NCBI GenBank assembly: GCA_964016885.1
Contig: OZ024745.1
Span: 47,864,001-47,928,000, forward strand
Origin: Eledone cirrhosa
Taxonomy: Eukaryota
Direction of reading: 5' to 3'
Length of the DNA stretch: 64,000 nt
Shown: positions 1 through 15,000 of the stretch, piece by piece
Layout of the letters: each line of letters begins with the position of its first letter
Position numbering within the stretch: the stretch's first letter is position 1
Position numbers and translations under genes: made by a program
The notes under the pieces: generated by a model
What the model was told of the DNA's origin: nothing
Databases searched by the model: none
The model's input: the letters and a program-made list of their open reading frames with translations, nothing else

Positions 1-3000
1 AGTACTAGAAACGTTCTCATGCAAGGTATAGCTTTCCTCTAGCTCATGACAACAGTACTAGAAACGTTCTCTTGGAATGTATAGCTTTCCTCTAGCTCAT
101 GACAACAGTACTAGAAACGTTCTCTTGCAAGGTATAGCTTTCCTCTAGCTGACGACAACAGTACTAGAAACGTTCTCTTGCAAGGTATAGCTTTCCTCTA
201 CCTCATGACAACAGTACTAGAAACGTTCTCTTGCTTGCAAGGTATAGCTTTCCTCTACCTCATGACAACAGTACTAGAAACGTTCTCTTGCAAGGTATAG
301 CTTTCCTCTAGCTGATGACAACAGTACTAGAAACCTTCTGTTGCAAGGTATAGCTTTCCTCTACCTCATGACAACAGTACTAGAAACGTTCTCCTGCAAG
401 GTATAGCTTTCCTCTAGCTGATGACAACAGTACTAGAAACGTTCTCTTGCAAGGTATAGCTTTCCTCTACCTCATGATAACAGTACTAGAAACGTTCTCT
501 TGCAAGGTATAGCTTTCCTCTACCTCATGACAACAGTACTAGAAACGTTCTCTTGCAAGGTATAGCTTTCTTGTACCTCATGACAACAGTACTAGAAACG
601 TTCTCTTGCAAGGTATAGCTTTCCTCTACCTCATGACAACAGTACTAGAAACGTTCTCTTGCAAGGTATAGCTTTCCTGTAGCTCATGACAACAGTACTA
701 GAAACGTTCTCTTGTAAGGTATAGCTTTCCTCTAGCTGATGACAACAGTACTAGAAACGTTCTCTTGCAAGTTATAGCTTTCCTCTATCTGATGACAACA
801 GTACTAGAAACGTTCTCTTGCAAGGTATAGCTCCCCTCTACCTCATCACAACAGTACTAGAAACGTTCTCTTGCAAGGTATAGCGTTCCTCTAGCTCATG
901 ACAACAGTACTAGAAACGTTCTCTTGCAAGGTATAGCTTTCCTCTAGCTCATGACAACAGTACTAGAAACGTTCTCTTGCAAGGTATAGCTTTCCTCTAC
1001 CTCATGACAACAGTACTAGAAACGTTCTCTTGCAAGGTATAGCTTTCCTCTAGCTCATGACAACAGTACTAGAAACGTTCTCTTGCAAGGTATAGCTTTC
1101 CTCTACCTCATGACAACAGTACTAGAAACGTTCTCATGCAAGGTATAGCTTTCCTGTAGCTCATGACAACAGTACTAGAAACGTTCTCTTGCAAGGTATA
1201 GCTTTCCTCTAGCTGATGACAACAGTACTAGAAACATTCTCTTGCAAGGTATAGCTTTCCTCTAGCTCATGACAACAGTACTAGAAACGTTCTCTTGCAA
1301 GGTATAGCTTTCATCTACCTCATGACAACAGTACTAGAAACGTTCTCTTGCAAGGTATAGCTTTCATCTACCTCATGACAACAGTACTAGAAACGTTCTC
1401 TTGCAAGGTATAGCTTTCCTCTACCTCATGACAACAGTACTAGAAACGTTCTCTTGCAAGGTATAGCTTTCCTGTAGCTCATGACAACAGTACTAGAAAC
1501 GTTCTCTTGTAAGGTATAGCTTTCCTCTAGCTGATGACAACAGTACTAGAAACGTTCTCTTGCAAGGTATAGCTTTCCTCTAGCTGATGACAACAGTACC
1601 AGAAACGTTCTCTTGCAAGGTATAGCTTTCCTCTACCTCATGACAACAGTACTAGAAACGTTCTCTTGCAAGGTATAGCTTTCCTCTAGCTGATGACAAC
1701 AGTACTAGAAACGTTCTCTTGCAAGGTATAGCTTTCCTCTACCTCATGACAACAGTACTAGAAACGTTCTCTTGCAAGTTATAGCTTTCCTCTAGCTGAT
1801 GACAACAGTACTAGAAACGTTCTCTTGCAAGGTATAGCTTTCCTCTACCTCATCACAACAGTACTAGAAACGTTCTCTTGCAAGGTATAGCTTTCCTCTA
1901 GCTGATGACAACAGTACTAGAAACGTTCTCTTGCAAGTTATAGCTTTCCTCGACCTCATCACAACAGTACTAGAAACGTTCTCTTGCAAGGTATAGCTTT
2001 CTTCTACCTCATGACAACAGTACTAGAAACGTTCTCTTGCAAGGTATAGCTTTCCTCTACCTCATGACAACAGTACTAGAAACGTTCTCTTGCAAGGTAT
2101 AGCTTTCCTCTAGCTCATGACAACAATACTAGAAACGTTCTCTTGCAAGGTATAGCTTTCCTCTAGCTGATGACAACAGTACTAGAAACGTTCTCTTGCA
2201 AGGTATAGCTTTCGTCTAGCTCATGACAACAGTACTAGAAACGTTCTCTTGCAAGGTATAGCTTTCCTCTAGCTCATGACAACAGTAGTAGAAACGTCCT
2301 CTTGCAAAGTATAGCTTTCCTCTACCTCATGACAACGGTACTAGAAACGTTCTCTTGCAAGGTATAGCTTTCCTCTAGCTGATGACAACAGTACTAGAAA
2401 CGTTCTCTTGCAAGGTATAGCTCTCCTCTAGCTCATGACAACAGTACTAGAAACGTTCTCTTGCAAGGTATAGCTTTCCTCTAGCTCATGACAACAGTAC
2501 TAGAAACGTTCTCTTGCAAGGTATAGCTTTCCTCTAGCTCATGACAACAGTACTAGAAACGTTCTCTTGCAAGGTATAGCTATCCTCTACCTCATGACAA
2601 CAGTACTAGAAACGTTCTCTTGCAAGGTATAGCTTTCCTCTAGCTCATGACAACAATACTAGAAACGTTCTCATGCAAGGTATAGCTTTCCTCTACCTCA
2701 TGACAACAGTACTAGAAACGTTCTCTTGCAAGGTATAGCTTTCCTCTAACTCATGACAACAGTACTAGAAACGTTCTCTTGCAAGGTATAGCTTTCCTCT
2801 ACCTCATGACAACAGTACTAGAAACGTTCTCTTGCAAGGTATAGCTTTCCTCTAGCTGACGACAACAGTACTAGAAACGTTCTCTTGCAAGGTATAGCTT
2901 TCCTCTCCCTCATGACAACAGTACTAGAAACGTTCTCTTGCTTGCAAGGTATAGCTTTCCTCTACCTCATGACAACAGTACTAGAAACGTTCTCTTGCAA

Positions 3001-6000
3001 GGTATAGCTTTCCTCTAGCTGATGACAACAGTACTAGAAACCTTCTCTTGCAAGGTATAGCTTTCCTCTAGCTCATGACAACAGTAATAGAAACGTTCTC
3101 TTGCAAGGTATAGCTTTCCTCTACCTCATGACAACAGTACTAGAAACGTTCTCTTGCAAGGTATAGCTTTCCTCTAGCTGATGACAACAGTACTAGAAAC
3201 GTTCTCTTGCAAGGTATAGCTTTCCTCTACCTCATGACAACAGTACTAGAAACGTTCTCTTGCAAGGTATAGTTTTCCTCTAGCTCATGACAACAGTACT
3301 ATAAACATTCTCTTGCAAGGTATAGCTTTCCTCTACCTCATGACAACAGTACTAGAAACGTTCTCTTGCAAGGTATAGCTTTCCTCTAGCTCATGACAAC
3401 AGTACTAGAAACGTTCTCTTGCAAGGTATAGCTTTCCTGTAGCTCATGACAACAGTACTAGAAACGTTCTCTTGCAAGGTATAGCTTTCCTCTAGCTCAT
3501 GACAACAGTACTAGAAACGTTCTCTTGCAAGGTATAGCTTTCCTCTACCTCATGACAACAGTACTAGAAACGTTCTCTTGCAAGGTATAGCTTTCATCTA
3601 GCTCATGACAACAGTACTAGAAACGTTCTCTTGCAAGATATAGCTTTCCTCTACCTCATGACAACAGTACTAGAAACGTTCTCATGCAAGGTATAGCTTT
3701 CCTCTAGCTCATGACAACAGTACTAGAAACGTTCTCTTGCAAGGTATAGCTTTCCTGTAGCTCATGACGACAGTACTAGAAACGTTCTCTTGCAAGGTAT
3801 AGCTTTCCTCTAGCTGATGACAACAGTACTGGAAACGTTCTCTTGGAATGTATAGCTTTCCTCTAGCTCATGACAACAGTACTAGAAACGTTCTCTTGCA
3901 AGGTATAGCTTTCCTCTAGCTGACGACAACAGTACTAGAAACGTTCTCTTGCAAGGTATAGCTTTCCTCTACCTCATGACAACAGTACTAGAAACGTTCT
4001 CTTGCTTGCAAGGTATAGCTTTCCTCTACCTCATGACAACAGTACTAGAAACGTTCTCTTGCAAGGTATAGCTTTCCTCTAGCTGATGACAACAGTACTA
4101 GAAACCTTCTGTTGCAAGGTATAACTTTCCTCTACCTCATGACAACAGTACTAGAAACGTTCTCTTGCAAGGTATAGCTTTCCTCTAGCTCATGACAACA
4201 GTACTAGAAACGTTCTCTTGCAAGGTATAGCTTTCCTCTACCTCATGACAACAGTACTAGAAACGTTCTCTTGCAAGGTATAGCTTTCCTCTAGCTCATG
4301 ACAACAGTACTAGAAACGTTCTCTTGCAAGGTATAGCTTTCCTCTACCTCATGACAACAGTACTAGAAACGTTCTCTTGCAAGGTATAGCTTTCCTCTAC
4401 CTCATGACAACAGTACTAGAAACGTTCTCTTGCAAGGTATAGCTTTCCTCTACCTCATGACAACAGTACTAGAAACGTTCTCTTGCAAGGTATAGCTTTC
4501 CTCTACCTCATGACAACAGTACTAGAAACGTTCTCTTGCAAGGTATAGCTTTCCTCTAGCTGATGACAACAGTACTAGAAACGTTCTCTTGCAAGGTATA
4601 GCTTTCCTCTCCCTCATGACAACAGTACTAGAAACGTTCTCTTGCAAGGTATAGCTTTCCTCTACCTCATGACAACATTACTAGAAACGTTCTCTTGCAA
4701 GGTATAGCTTTCCTCTACCTCATGACAACAGTACTAGAAACGTTCTCTTGCAAGGTATAGCTTTCCTGTAGCTCATGACAACAGTACTAGAAACGTTCTC
4801 TTGTAAGGTATAGCTTTCCTCTAGCTGATGACAACAGTACTAGAAACGTTCTCTTGCAAGTTATAGCTTTCCTCTATCTGATGACAACAGTACTAGAAAC
4901 GTTCTCTTGCAAGGTATAGCTCTCCTCTACCTCATCACAACAGTACTAGAAACGTTCTCTTGCAAGGTATAGCGTTCCTCTAGCTCATGACAACAGTACT
5001 AGAAACGTTCTCTTGCAAGGTATAGCTTTCCTCTAGCTCATGACAACAGTACTAGAAACGTTCTCTTGCAAGGTATAGCTTTCCTCTACCTCATGACAAC
5101 AGTACTAGAAACGTTCTCTTGCAAGGTATAGCTTTCCTCTAGCTCATGACAACAGTACTAGAAACGTTCTCTTGCAAGGTATAGCTTTCCTCTACCTCAT
5201 GACAACAGTACTAGAAACGTTCTCATGCAAGGTATAGCTTTCCTCTAGCTCATGACAACAGTACTAGAAACGTTCTCTTGCAAGGTATAGCTTTCCTGTA
5301 GCTCATGACAACAGTACTAGAAACGTTCTCTTGCAAGGTATAGCTTTCCTCTAGCTGATGACAACAGTACTAGAAACATTCTCTTGCAAGGTATAGCTTT
5401 CCTCTAGCTCATGACAACAGTACTAGAAACGTTCTCTTGCAAGGTATAGCTTTCATCTACCTCATGACAACAGTACTAGAAACGTTCTCTTGCAAGGTAT
5501 AGCTTTCCTCTACCTCATGACAACAGTACTAGAAACGTTCTCTTGCAAGGTATAGCTTTCCTCTACCTCATGACAACAGTACTAGAAACGTTCTCTTGCA
5601 AGGTATAGCTTTCCTGTAGCTCATGACAACAGTACTAGAAACGTTCTCTTGTAAGGTATAGCTTTCCTCTAGCTGATGACAACAGTACTAGAAACGTTCT
5701 CTTGCAAGGTATAGCTTTCCTCTAGCTGATGACAACAGTACCAGAAACGTTCTCTTGCAAGGTATAGCTTTCCTCTACCTCATGACAACAGTACTAGAAA
5801 CGTTCTCTTGCAAGGTATAGCTTTCCTCTACCTCATGACAACAGTACTAGAAACGTTCTCTTGCAAGGTATAGCTTTCCTCTACCTCATGACAACAGTAC
5901 TAGAAACGTTCTCTTGCAAGTTATAGCTTTCCTCTAGCTGATGACAACAGTACTAGAAACGTTCTCTTGCAAGGTATAGCTTTCCTCTACCTCATCACAA

Positions 6001-9000
6001 CAGTACTAGAAACGTTCTCTTGCAAGGTATAGCTTTCCTCTAGCTGATGACAACAGTACTAGAAACGTTCTCTTGCAAGTTATAGCTTTCCTCTACCTCA
6101 TCACAACAGTACTAGAAACGTTCTCTTGCAAGGTATAGCTTTCTTCTACCTCATGACAACAGTACTAGAAACGTTCTCTTGCAAGGTATAGCTTTCCTCT
6201 ACCTCATGACAACAGTACTAGAAACGTTCTCTTGCAAGGTATAGCTTTCCTCTAGCTCATGACAACAATACTAGAAACGTTCTCTTGCAAGGTATAGCTT
6301 TCCTCTAGCTGATGACAACAGTACTAGAAACGTTCTCTTGCAAGGTATAGCTTTCGTCTAGCTCATGACAACAGTACTAGAAACGTTCTCTTGCAAGGTA
6401 TAGCTTTCCTCTAGCTCATGACAACAGTAGTAGAAACGTTCTCTTGCAAAGTATAGCTTTCCTCTACCTCATGACAACGGTACTAGAAACGTTCTCTTGC
6501 AAGGTATAGCTTTCCTCTAGCTGATGACAACAGTACTAGAAACGTTCTCTTGCAAGGTATAGCTCTCCTCTAGCTCATGACAACAGTACTAGAAACGTTC
6601 TCTTGCAAGGTATAGCTTTCCTCTAGCTCATGACAACAGTACTAGAAACGTTCTCTTGCAAGGTATAGCTTTCCTCTACCTCATGACAACAGTACTAGAA
6701 ACGTTCTCTTGCAAGGTATAGCTTTCCTCTAGCTCATGACAACAGTACTAGAAACGTTCTCTTGCAAGGTATAGCTTTCCTCTACCTCATGACAACAGTA
6801 CTAGAAACGTTCTCTTGCAAGGTATAGCTTTCCTCTAGCTCATGACAACAATACTAGAAACGTTCTCATGCAAGGTATAGCTTTCCTCTACCTCATGACA
6901 ACAGTACTAGAAACGTTCTCTTGCAAGGTATAGCTTTCCTCTAACTCATGACAACAGTACTAGAAACGTTCTCTTGCAAGGTATAGCTTTCCTCTACCTC
7001 ATGACAACAGTACTAGAAACGTTCTCTTGCAAGGTATAGCTTTCCTCTCCCTCATGACAACAGTACTAGAAACGTTCTCTTGCTTGCAAGGTATAGCTTT
7101 CCTCTACCTCATGACAACAGTACTAGAAACGTTCTCTTGCAAGGTATAGCTTTCCTCTAGCTGATGACAACAGTACTAGAAACCTTCTCTTGCAAGGTAT
7201 AGCTTTCCTCTAGCTCATGACAACAGTAATAGAAACGTTCTCTTGCAAGGTATAGCTTTCCTCTACCTCATGGCAACAGTACTAGAAACGTTCTCTTGCA
7301 AGGTATAGCTTTCCTCTAGCTGATGACAACAGTACTAGAAACGTTCTCTTGCAAGGTATAGCTTTCCTCTACCTCATGACAACAGTACTAGAAACGTTCT
7401 CTTGCAAGGTATAGCTTTCCTCTAGCTCATGACAACAGTACTAGAAACATTCTCTTGCAAGGTATAGCTTTCCTCTACCTCATGACAACAGTACTAGAAA
7501 CGTTCTCTTGCAAGGTATAGCTTTCCTCTAGCTCATGACAACAGTACTAGAAACGTTCTCTTGCAAGGTATAGCTTTCCTGTAGCTCATGACAACAGTAC
7601 TAGAAACGTTCTCTTGCAAGGTATAGCTTTCCTCTAGCTGATGACAACAGTACTAGAAACGTTCTCCTGCAATTTATAGCTTTCCTCTAGCTGATGACAA
7701 CAGTACTAGAAACGTTCTCTTGCAAGGTATAGCTTTCCTCTACCTCATGACAACAGTACTAGAAACGTTCTCTTGCAAGGTATAGTTTTCCTCTAGCTCA
7801 TGACAACAGTACTATAAACATTCTCTTGCAAGGTATAGCTTTCCTCTACCTCATGACAACAGTACTAGAAACGTTCTCTTGCAAGGTATAGCTTTCCTCT
7901 AGCTCATGACAACAGTACTAGAAACGTTCTCTTGCAAGGTATAGCTTTCCTGTAGCTCATGACAACAGTACTAGAAACGTTCTCTTGCAAGGTATAGCTT
8001 TCCTCTAGCTCATGACAACAGTACTAGAAACGTTCTCTTGCAAGGTATAGCTTTCCTCTACCTCATGACAACAGTACTAGAAACGTTCTCTTGCAAGGTA
8101 TAGCTTTCATCTAGCTCATGACAACAGTACTAGAAACGTTCTCTTGCAAGATATAGCTTTCCTCTACCTCATGACAACAGTACTAGAAACGTTCTCATGC
8201 AAGGTATAGCTTTCCTCTAGCTCATGACAACAGTACTAGAAACGTTCTCTTGCAAGGTATAGCTTTCCTGTAGCTCATGACGACAGTACTAGAAACGTTC
8301 TCTTGCAAGGTATAGCTTTCCTCTAGCTGATGACAACAGTACTGGAAACGTTCTCTTGGAATGTATAGCTTTCCTCTAGCTCATGACAACAGTACTAGAA
8401 ACGTTCTCTTGCAAGGTATAGCTTTCCTCTAGCTGACGACAACAGTACTAGAAACGTTCTCTTGCAAGGTATAGCTTTCCTCTACCTCATGACAACAGTA
8501 CTAGAAACGTTCTCTTGCTTGCAAGGTATAGCTTTCCTCTACCTCATGACAACAGTACTAGAAACGTTCTCTTGCAAGGTATAGCTTTCCTCTAGCTGAT
8601 GACAACAGTACTAGAAACCTTCTGTTGCAAGGTATAACTTTCCTCTACCTCATGACAACAGTACTAGAAACGTTCTCTTGCAAGGTATAGCTTTCCTCTA
8701 GCTCATGACAACAGTACTAGAAACGTTCTCTTGCAAGGTATAGCTTTCCTCTACCTCATGACAACAGTACTAGAAACGTTCTCTTGCAAGGTATAGCTTT
8801 CCTCTAGCTCATGACAACAGTACTAGAAACGTTCTCTTGCAAGGTATAGCTTTCCTCTACCTCATGACAACAGTACTAGAAACGTTCTCTTGCAAGGTAT
8901 AGCTTTCCTCTACCTCATGACAACAGTACTAGAAACGTTCTCTTGCAAGGTATAGCTTTCCTCTACCTCATGACAACAGTACTAGAAACGTTCTCTTGCA

Positions 9001-12000
9001 AGGTATAGCTTTCCTCTACCTCATGACAACAGTACTAGAAACGTTCTCTTGCAAGGTATAGCTTTCCTCTAGCTGATGACAACAGTACTAGAAACGTTCT
9101 CTTGCAAGGTATAGCTTTCCTCTCCCTCATGACAACAGTACTAGAAACGTTCTCTTGCAAGGTATAGCTTTCCTCTACCTCATGACAACATTACTAGAAA
9201 CGTTCTCTTGCAAGGTATAGCTTTCCTCTACCTCATGACAACAGTACTAGAAACGTTCTCTTGCAAGGTATAGCTTTCCTGTAGCTCATGACAACAGTAC
9301 TAGAAACGTTCTCTTGTAAGGTATAGCTTTCCTCTAGCTGATGACAACAGTACTAGAAACGTTCTCTTGCAAGTTATAGCTTTCCTCTATCTGATGACAA
9401 CAGTACTAGAAACGTTCTCTTGCAAGGTATAGCTCTCCTCTACCTCATCACAACAGTACTAGAAACGTTCTCTTGCAAGGTATAGCGTTCCTCTAGCTCA
9501 TGACAACAGTACTAGAAACGTTCTCTTGCAAGGTATAGCTTTCCTCTAGCTCATGACAACAGTACTAGAAACGTTCTCTTGCAAGGTATAGCTTTCCTCT
9601 ACCTCATGACAACAGTACTAGAAACGTTCTCTTGCAAGGTATAGCTTTCCTCTAGCTCATGACAACAGTACTAGAAACGTTCTCTTGCAAGGTATAGCTT
9701 TCCTCTACCTCATGACAACAGTACTAGAAACGTTCTCATGCAAGGTATAGCTTTCCTCTAGCTCATGACAACAGTACTAGAAACGTTCTCTTGCAAGGTA
9801 TAGCTTTCCTGTAGCTCATGACAACAGTACTAGAAACGTTCTCTTGCAAGGTATAGCTTTCCTCTAGCTGATGACAACAGTACTAGAAACATTCTCTTGC
9901 AAGGTATAGCTTTCCTCTAGCTCATGACAACAGTACTAGAAACGTTCTCTTGCAAGGTATAGCTTTCATCTACCTCATGACAACAGTACTAGAAACGTTC
10001 TCTTGCAAGGTATAGCTTTCCTCTACCTCATGACAACAGTACTAGAAACGTTCTCTTGCAAGGTATAGCTTTCCTCTACCTCATGACAACAGTACTAGAA
10101 ACGTTCTCTTGCAAGGTATAGCTTTCCTGTAGCTCATGACAACAGTACTAGAAACGTTCTCTTGTAAGGTATAGCTTTCCTCTAGCTGATGACAACAGTA
10201 CTAGAAACGTTCTCTTGCAAGGTATAGCTTTCCTCTAGCTGATGACAACAGTACCAGAAACGTTCTCTTGCAAGGTATAGCTTTCCTCTACCTCATGACA
10301 ACAGTACTAGAAACGTTCTCTTGCAAGGTATAGCTTTCCTCTACCTCATGACAACAGTACTAGAAACGTTCTCTTGCAAGGTATAGCTTTCCTCTACCTC
10401 ATGACAACAGTACTAGAAACGTTCTCTTGCAAGTTATAGCTTTCCTCTAGCTGATGACAACAGTACTAGAAACGTTCTCTTGCAAGGTATAGCTTTCCTC
10501 TACCTCATCACAACAGTACTAGAAACGTTCTCTTGCAAGGTATAGCTTTCCTCTAGCTGATGACAACAGTACTAGAAACGTTCTCTTGCAAGTTATAGCT
10601 TTCCTCTACCTCATCACAACAGTACTAGAAACGTTCTCTTGCAAGGTATAGCTTTCTTCTACCTCATGACAACAGTACTAGAAACGTTCTCTTGCAAGGT
10701 ATAGCTTTCCTCTACCTCATGACAACAGTACTAGAAACGTTCTCTTGCAAGGTATAGCTTTCCTCTAGCTCATGACAACAATACTAGAAACGTTCTCTTG
10801 CAAGGTATAGCTTTCCTCTAGCTGATGACAACAGTACTAGAAACGTTCTCTTGCAAGGTATAGCTTTCGTCTAGCTCATGACAACAGTACTAGAAACGTT
10901 CTCTTGCAAGGTATAGCTTTCCTCTAGCTCATGACAACAGTAGTAGAAACGTTCTCTTGCAAAGTATAGCTTTCCTCTACCTCATGACAACGGTACTAGA
11001 AACGTTCTCTTGCAAGGTATAGCTTTCCTCTAGCTGATGACAACAGTACTAGAAACGTTCTCTTGCAAGGTATAGCTCTCCTCTAGCTCATGACAACAGT
11101 ACTAGAAACGTTCTCTTGCAAGGTATAGCTTTCCTCTAGCTCATGACAACAGTACTAGAAACGTTCTCTTGCAAGGTATAGCTTTCCTCTACCTCATGAC
11201 AACAGTACTAGAAACGTTCTCTTGCAAGGTATAGCTTTCCTCTAGCTCATGACAACAGTACTAGAAACGTTCTCTTGCAAGGTATAGCTTTCCTCTACCT
11301 CATGACAACAGTACTAGAAACGTTCTCTTGCAAGGTATAGCTTTCCTCTAGCTCATGACAACAATACTAGAAACGTTCTCATGCAAGGTATAGCTTTCCT
11401 CTACCTCATGACAACAGTACTAGAAACGTTCTCTTGCAAGGTATAGCTTTCCTCTAACTCATGACAACAGTACTAGAAACGTTCTCTTGCAAGGTATAGC
11501 TTTCCTCTACCTCATGACAACAGTACTAGAAACGTTCTCTTGCAAGGTATAGCTTTCCTCTCCCTCATGACAACAGTACTAGAAACGTTCTCTTGCTTGC
11601 AAGGTATAGCTTTCCTCTACCTCATGACAACAGTACTAGAAACGTTCTCTTGCAAGGTATAGCTTTCCTCTAGCTGATGACAACAGTACTAGAAACCTTC
11701 TCTTGCAAGGTATAGCTTTCCTCTAGCTCATGACAACAGTAATAGAAACGTTCTCTTGCAAGGTATAGCTTTCCTCTACCTCATGACAACAGTACTAGAA
11801 ACGTTCTCTTGCAAGGTATAGCTTTCCTCTAGCTGATGACAACAGTACTAGAAACGTTCTCTTGCAAGGTATAGCTTTCCTCTACCTCATGACAACAGTA
11901 CTAGAAACGTTCTCTTGCAAGGTATAGCTTTCCTCTAGCTCATGACAACAGTACTAGAAACATTCTCTTGCAAGGTATAGCTTTCCTCTACCTCATGACA

Positions 12001-15000
12001 ACAGTACTAGAAACGTTCTCTTGCAAGGTATAGCTTTCCTCTAGCTCATGACAACAGTACTAGAAACGTTCTCTTGCAAGGTATAGCTTTCCTGTAGCTC
12101 ATGACAACAGTACTAGAAACGTTCTCTTGAAAGGTATAGCTTTCCTCTAGCTGATGACAACAGTACTAGAAACGTTCTCCTGCAATTTATAGCTTTCCTC
12201 TAGCTGATGACAACAGTACTAGAAACGTTCTCTTGCAAGGTATAGCTTTCCTCTACCTCATGACAACAGTACTAGAAACGTTCTCTTGCAAGGTATAGCT
12301 TTCCTCTACCTCAAGACAACAGTACTAGAAACGTTCTCTTGCAAGGTATAGCTTTCCTCTACCTCATGACAACAGTACTAGAAACGTTCTCTTGCAAGGT
12401 ATAGCTTTCCTCTAGCTGATGACAACAGTACTAGAAACGTTCTCTTGCAAGGTATAGCTTTCCTCTACCTCATGACAACAGTACTAGAAACGTTCTCTTG
12501 CAAGGTATAGCTTTCCTCTACCTCATGACAACATTACTAGAAACGTTCTATTGCAAGGTATAGCTTTCCTCTACCTCATGACAACAGTACTAGAAACGTT
12601 CTCTTGCAAGGTATAGCTTTCCTGTAGCTCATGACAACAGTACTAGAAACGTTCTCTTGTAAGGTATAGCTTTCCTCCAGCTGATGACAACAGTACTAGA
12701 AACGTTCTCTTGCAAGTTATAGCTTTCCTCTAGCTGATGACAACAGTACTAGAAACGTTCTCTTGCAAGGTATAGCTCTCCTCTACCTCATCACAACAGT
12801 ACTAGAAACGTTCTCTTGCAAGGTATAGCTTTCCTCTAGCTCATGACAACAGTACAAGAAACGTTCTCTTGCAAGGTATAGCTTTCCTCTACCTCATGAC
12901 AACAGTACTAGAAACGTTCTCTTGCAAGGTATAGCTTTCCTCTAGCTCATGACAACAGTACTAGAAACGTTCTCTTGCAAGGTATAGCTTTCCTCTACCT
13001 CATGACAACAGTACTAGAAACGTTCTCATGCAAGGTATAGCTTTCCTCTAGCTCATGACAACAGTACTAGAAACGTTCTCTTGCAAGGTATAGCTTTCCT
13101 GTAGCTCATGACAACAGTACTAGAAACGTTCTCTTGCAAGGTATAGCTTTCCTCTAGCTGATGACAACAGTACTAGAAACGTTCTCTTGGAATGTATAGC
13201 TTTCCTCTAGCTCATGACAACAGTACTAGAAACGTTCTCTTGCAAGGTATAGCTTTCCTCTAGCTGACGACAACAGTACTAGAAACGTTCTCTTGCAAGG
13301 TATAGCTTTCCTCTCCCTCATGACAACAGTACTAGAAACGTTCTCTTGCTTGCAAGGTATAGCTTTCCTCTACCTCATGACAACAGTACTAGAAACGTTC
13401 TCTTGCAAGGTATAGCTTTCCTCTACCTCATGACAACAGTACCAGAAACGTTCTCTTGCAAGGTATAGCTTTCCTCTACCTCATGACAACAGTACTAGAA
13501 ACGTTCTCTTGCAAGGTATAGCTTTCCTCTAGCTGATGACAACAGTACTAGAAACGTTCTCTTGCAAGGTATAGCTTTCCTCTACCTCATGACAACAGTA
13601 CTAGAAACGTTCTCTTGCAACTTATAGCTTTCCTCTAGCTGATGACAACAGTACTAGAAACGTTCTCTTGCAAGGTATAGCTTTCCTCTACCTCATCACA
13701 ACAGTACTAGAAACGTTCTCTTGCAAGGTATAGCTTTCCTCTAGCTGATGACAACAGTACTAGAAACGTTCTCTTGCAAGTTATAGCTTTCCTCTACCTC
13801 ATCACAACAGTACTAGAAACGTTCTCTTGCAAGGTATAGCTTTCTTCTACCTCATGACAACAGTACTAGAAACGTTCTCTTGCAAGGTATAGCTTTCCTC
13901 TACCTCATGACAACAGTACTAGAAACGTTCTCTTGCAAGGTATAGCTTTCCTCTAGTTCATGACAACAATACTAGAAACGTTCTCTTGCAAGGTATAGCT
14001 TTCCTCTAGCTGATGACAGCAGTACTAGAAACGTTCTCTTGCAAGGTATAGCTTTCGTCTAGCTCATGACAACAGTACTAGAAACGTTCTCTTGCAAGGT
14101 ATAGCTTTCCTCTAGCTCATGACAACAGTAGTAGAAACGTTCTCTTGCAAAGTATAGCTTTCCTCTACCTCATGACAACGGTACTAGAAACGTTCTCTTG
14201 CAAGGTATAGCTTTCCTCTAGCTGATGACAACAGTACTAGAAACGTTCTCTTGCAAGGTATAGCTCTCCTCTAGCTCATGACAACAGTACTAGAAACGTT
14301 CTCTTGCAAGGTATAGCTTTCCTCTAGCTCATGACAACAGTACTAGAAACGTTCTCTTGCAAGGTATAGCTTTCCTCTACCTCATGACAACAGTACTAGA
14401 AACGTTCTCTTGCAAGGTATAGCTTTCCTCTAGCTGATGACAACAGTACTAGAAACGTTCTCTTGCAAGGTATAGCTTTCCTCTACCTCATGACAACAGT
14501 ACTAGAAACGTTCTCTTGCAAGGTATAGCTTTCCTCTAGCTCATGACAACAGTACTAGAAACGTTCTCTTGCAAGGTATAGCTTTCCTCTACCTCATGAC
14601 AACAGTACTAGAAACGTTCTCTTGCAAGGTATAGCTTTCCTCTAGCTCATGACAACAGTACTAGAAACGTTCTCTTGCAAGGTATAGCTTTCCTGTAGCT
14701 CATGACAACAGTACTAGAAACGTTCTCTTGCAAGGTATAGCTTTCCTCTAGCTGATGACAACAGTACTAGAAACGTTCTCTTGCAATTTATAGCTTTCCT
14801 CTAGCTGATGACAACAGTACTAGAAACGTTCTCTTGCAAGGTATAGCTTTCCTCTACCTCATGACAACAGTACTAGAAACGTTCTCTTGCAAGGTATAGC
14901 TTTCCTCTACCTCATGACAACAGTACTAGAAACGTTCTCTTGCAAGGTATAGCTTTCCTCTACCTCATGACAACAGTACTAGAAACGTTCTCTTGCAAGG

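Noticed and set aside
5-18. Heat-shock element in each monomer (CTAGAAACGTTCTC)
   Set aside because: GAA and TTC are 3 nt apart, not the 2 nt of nGAAnnTTCn, and there is no third pentamer.
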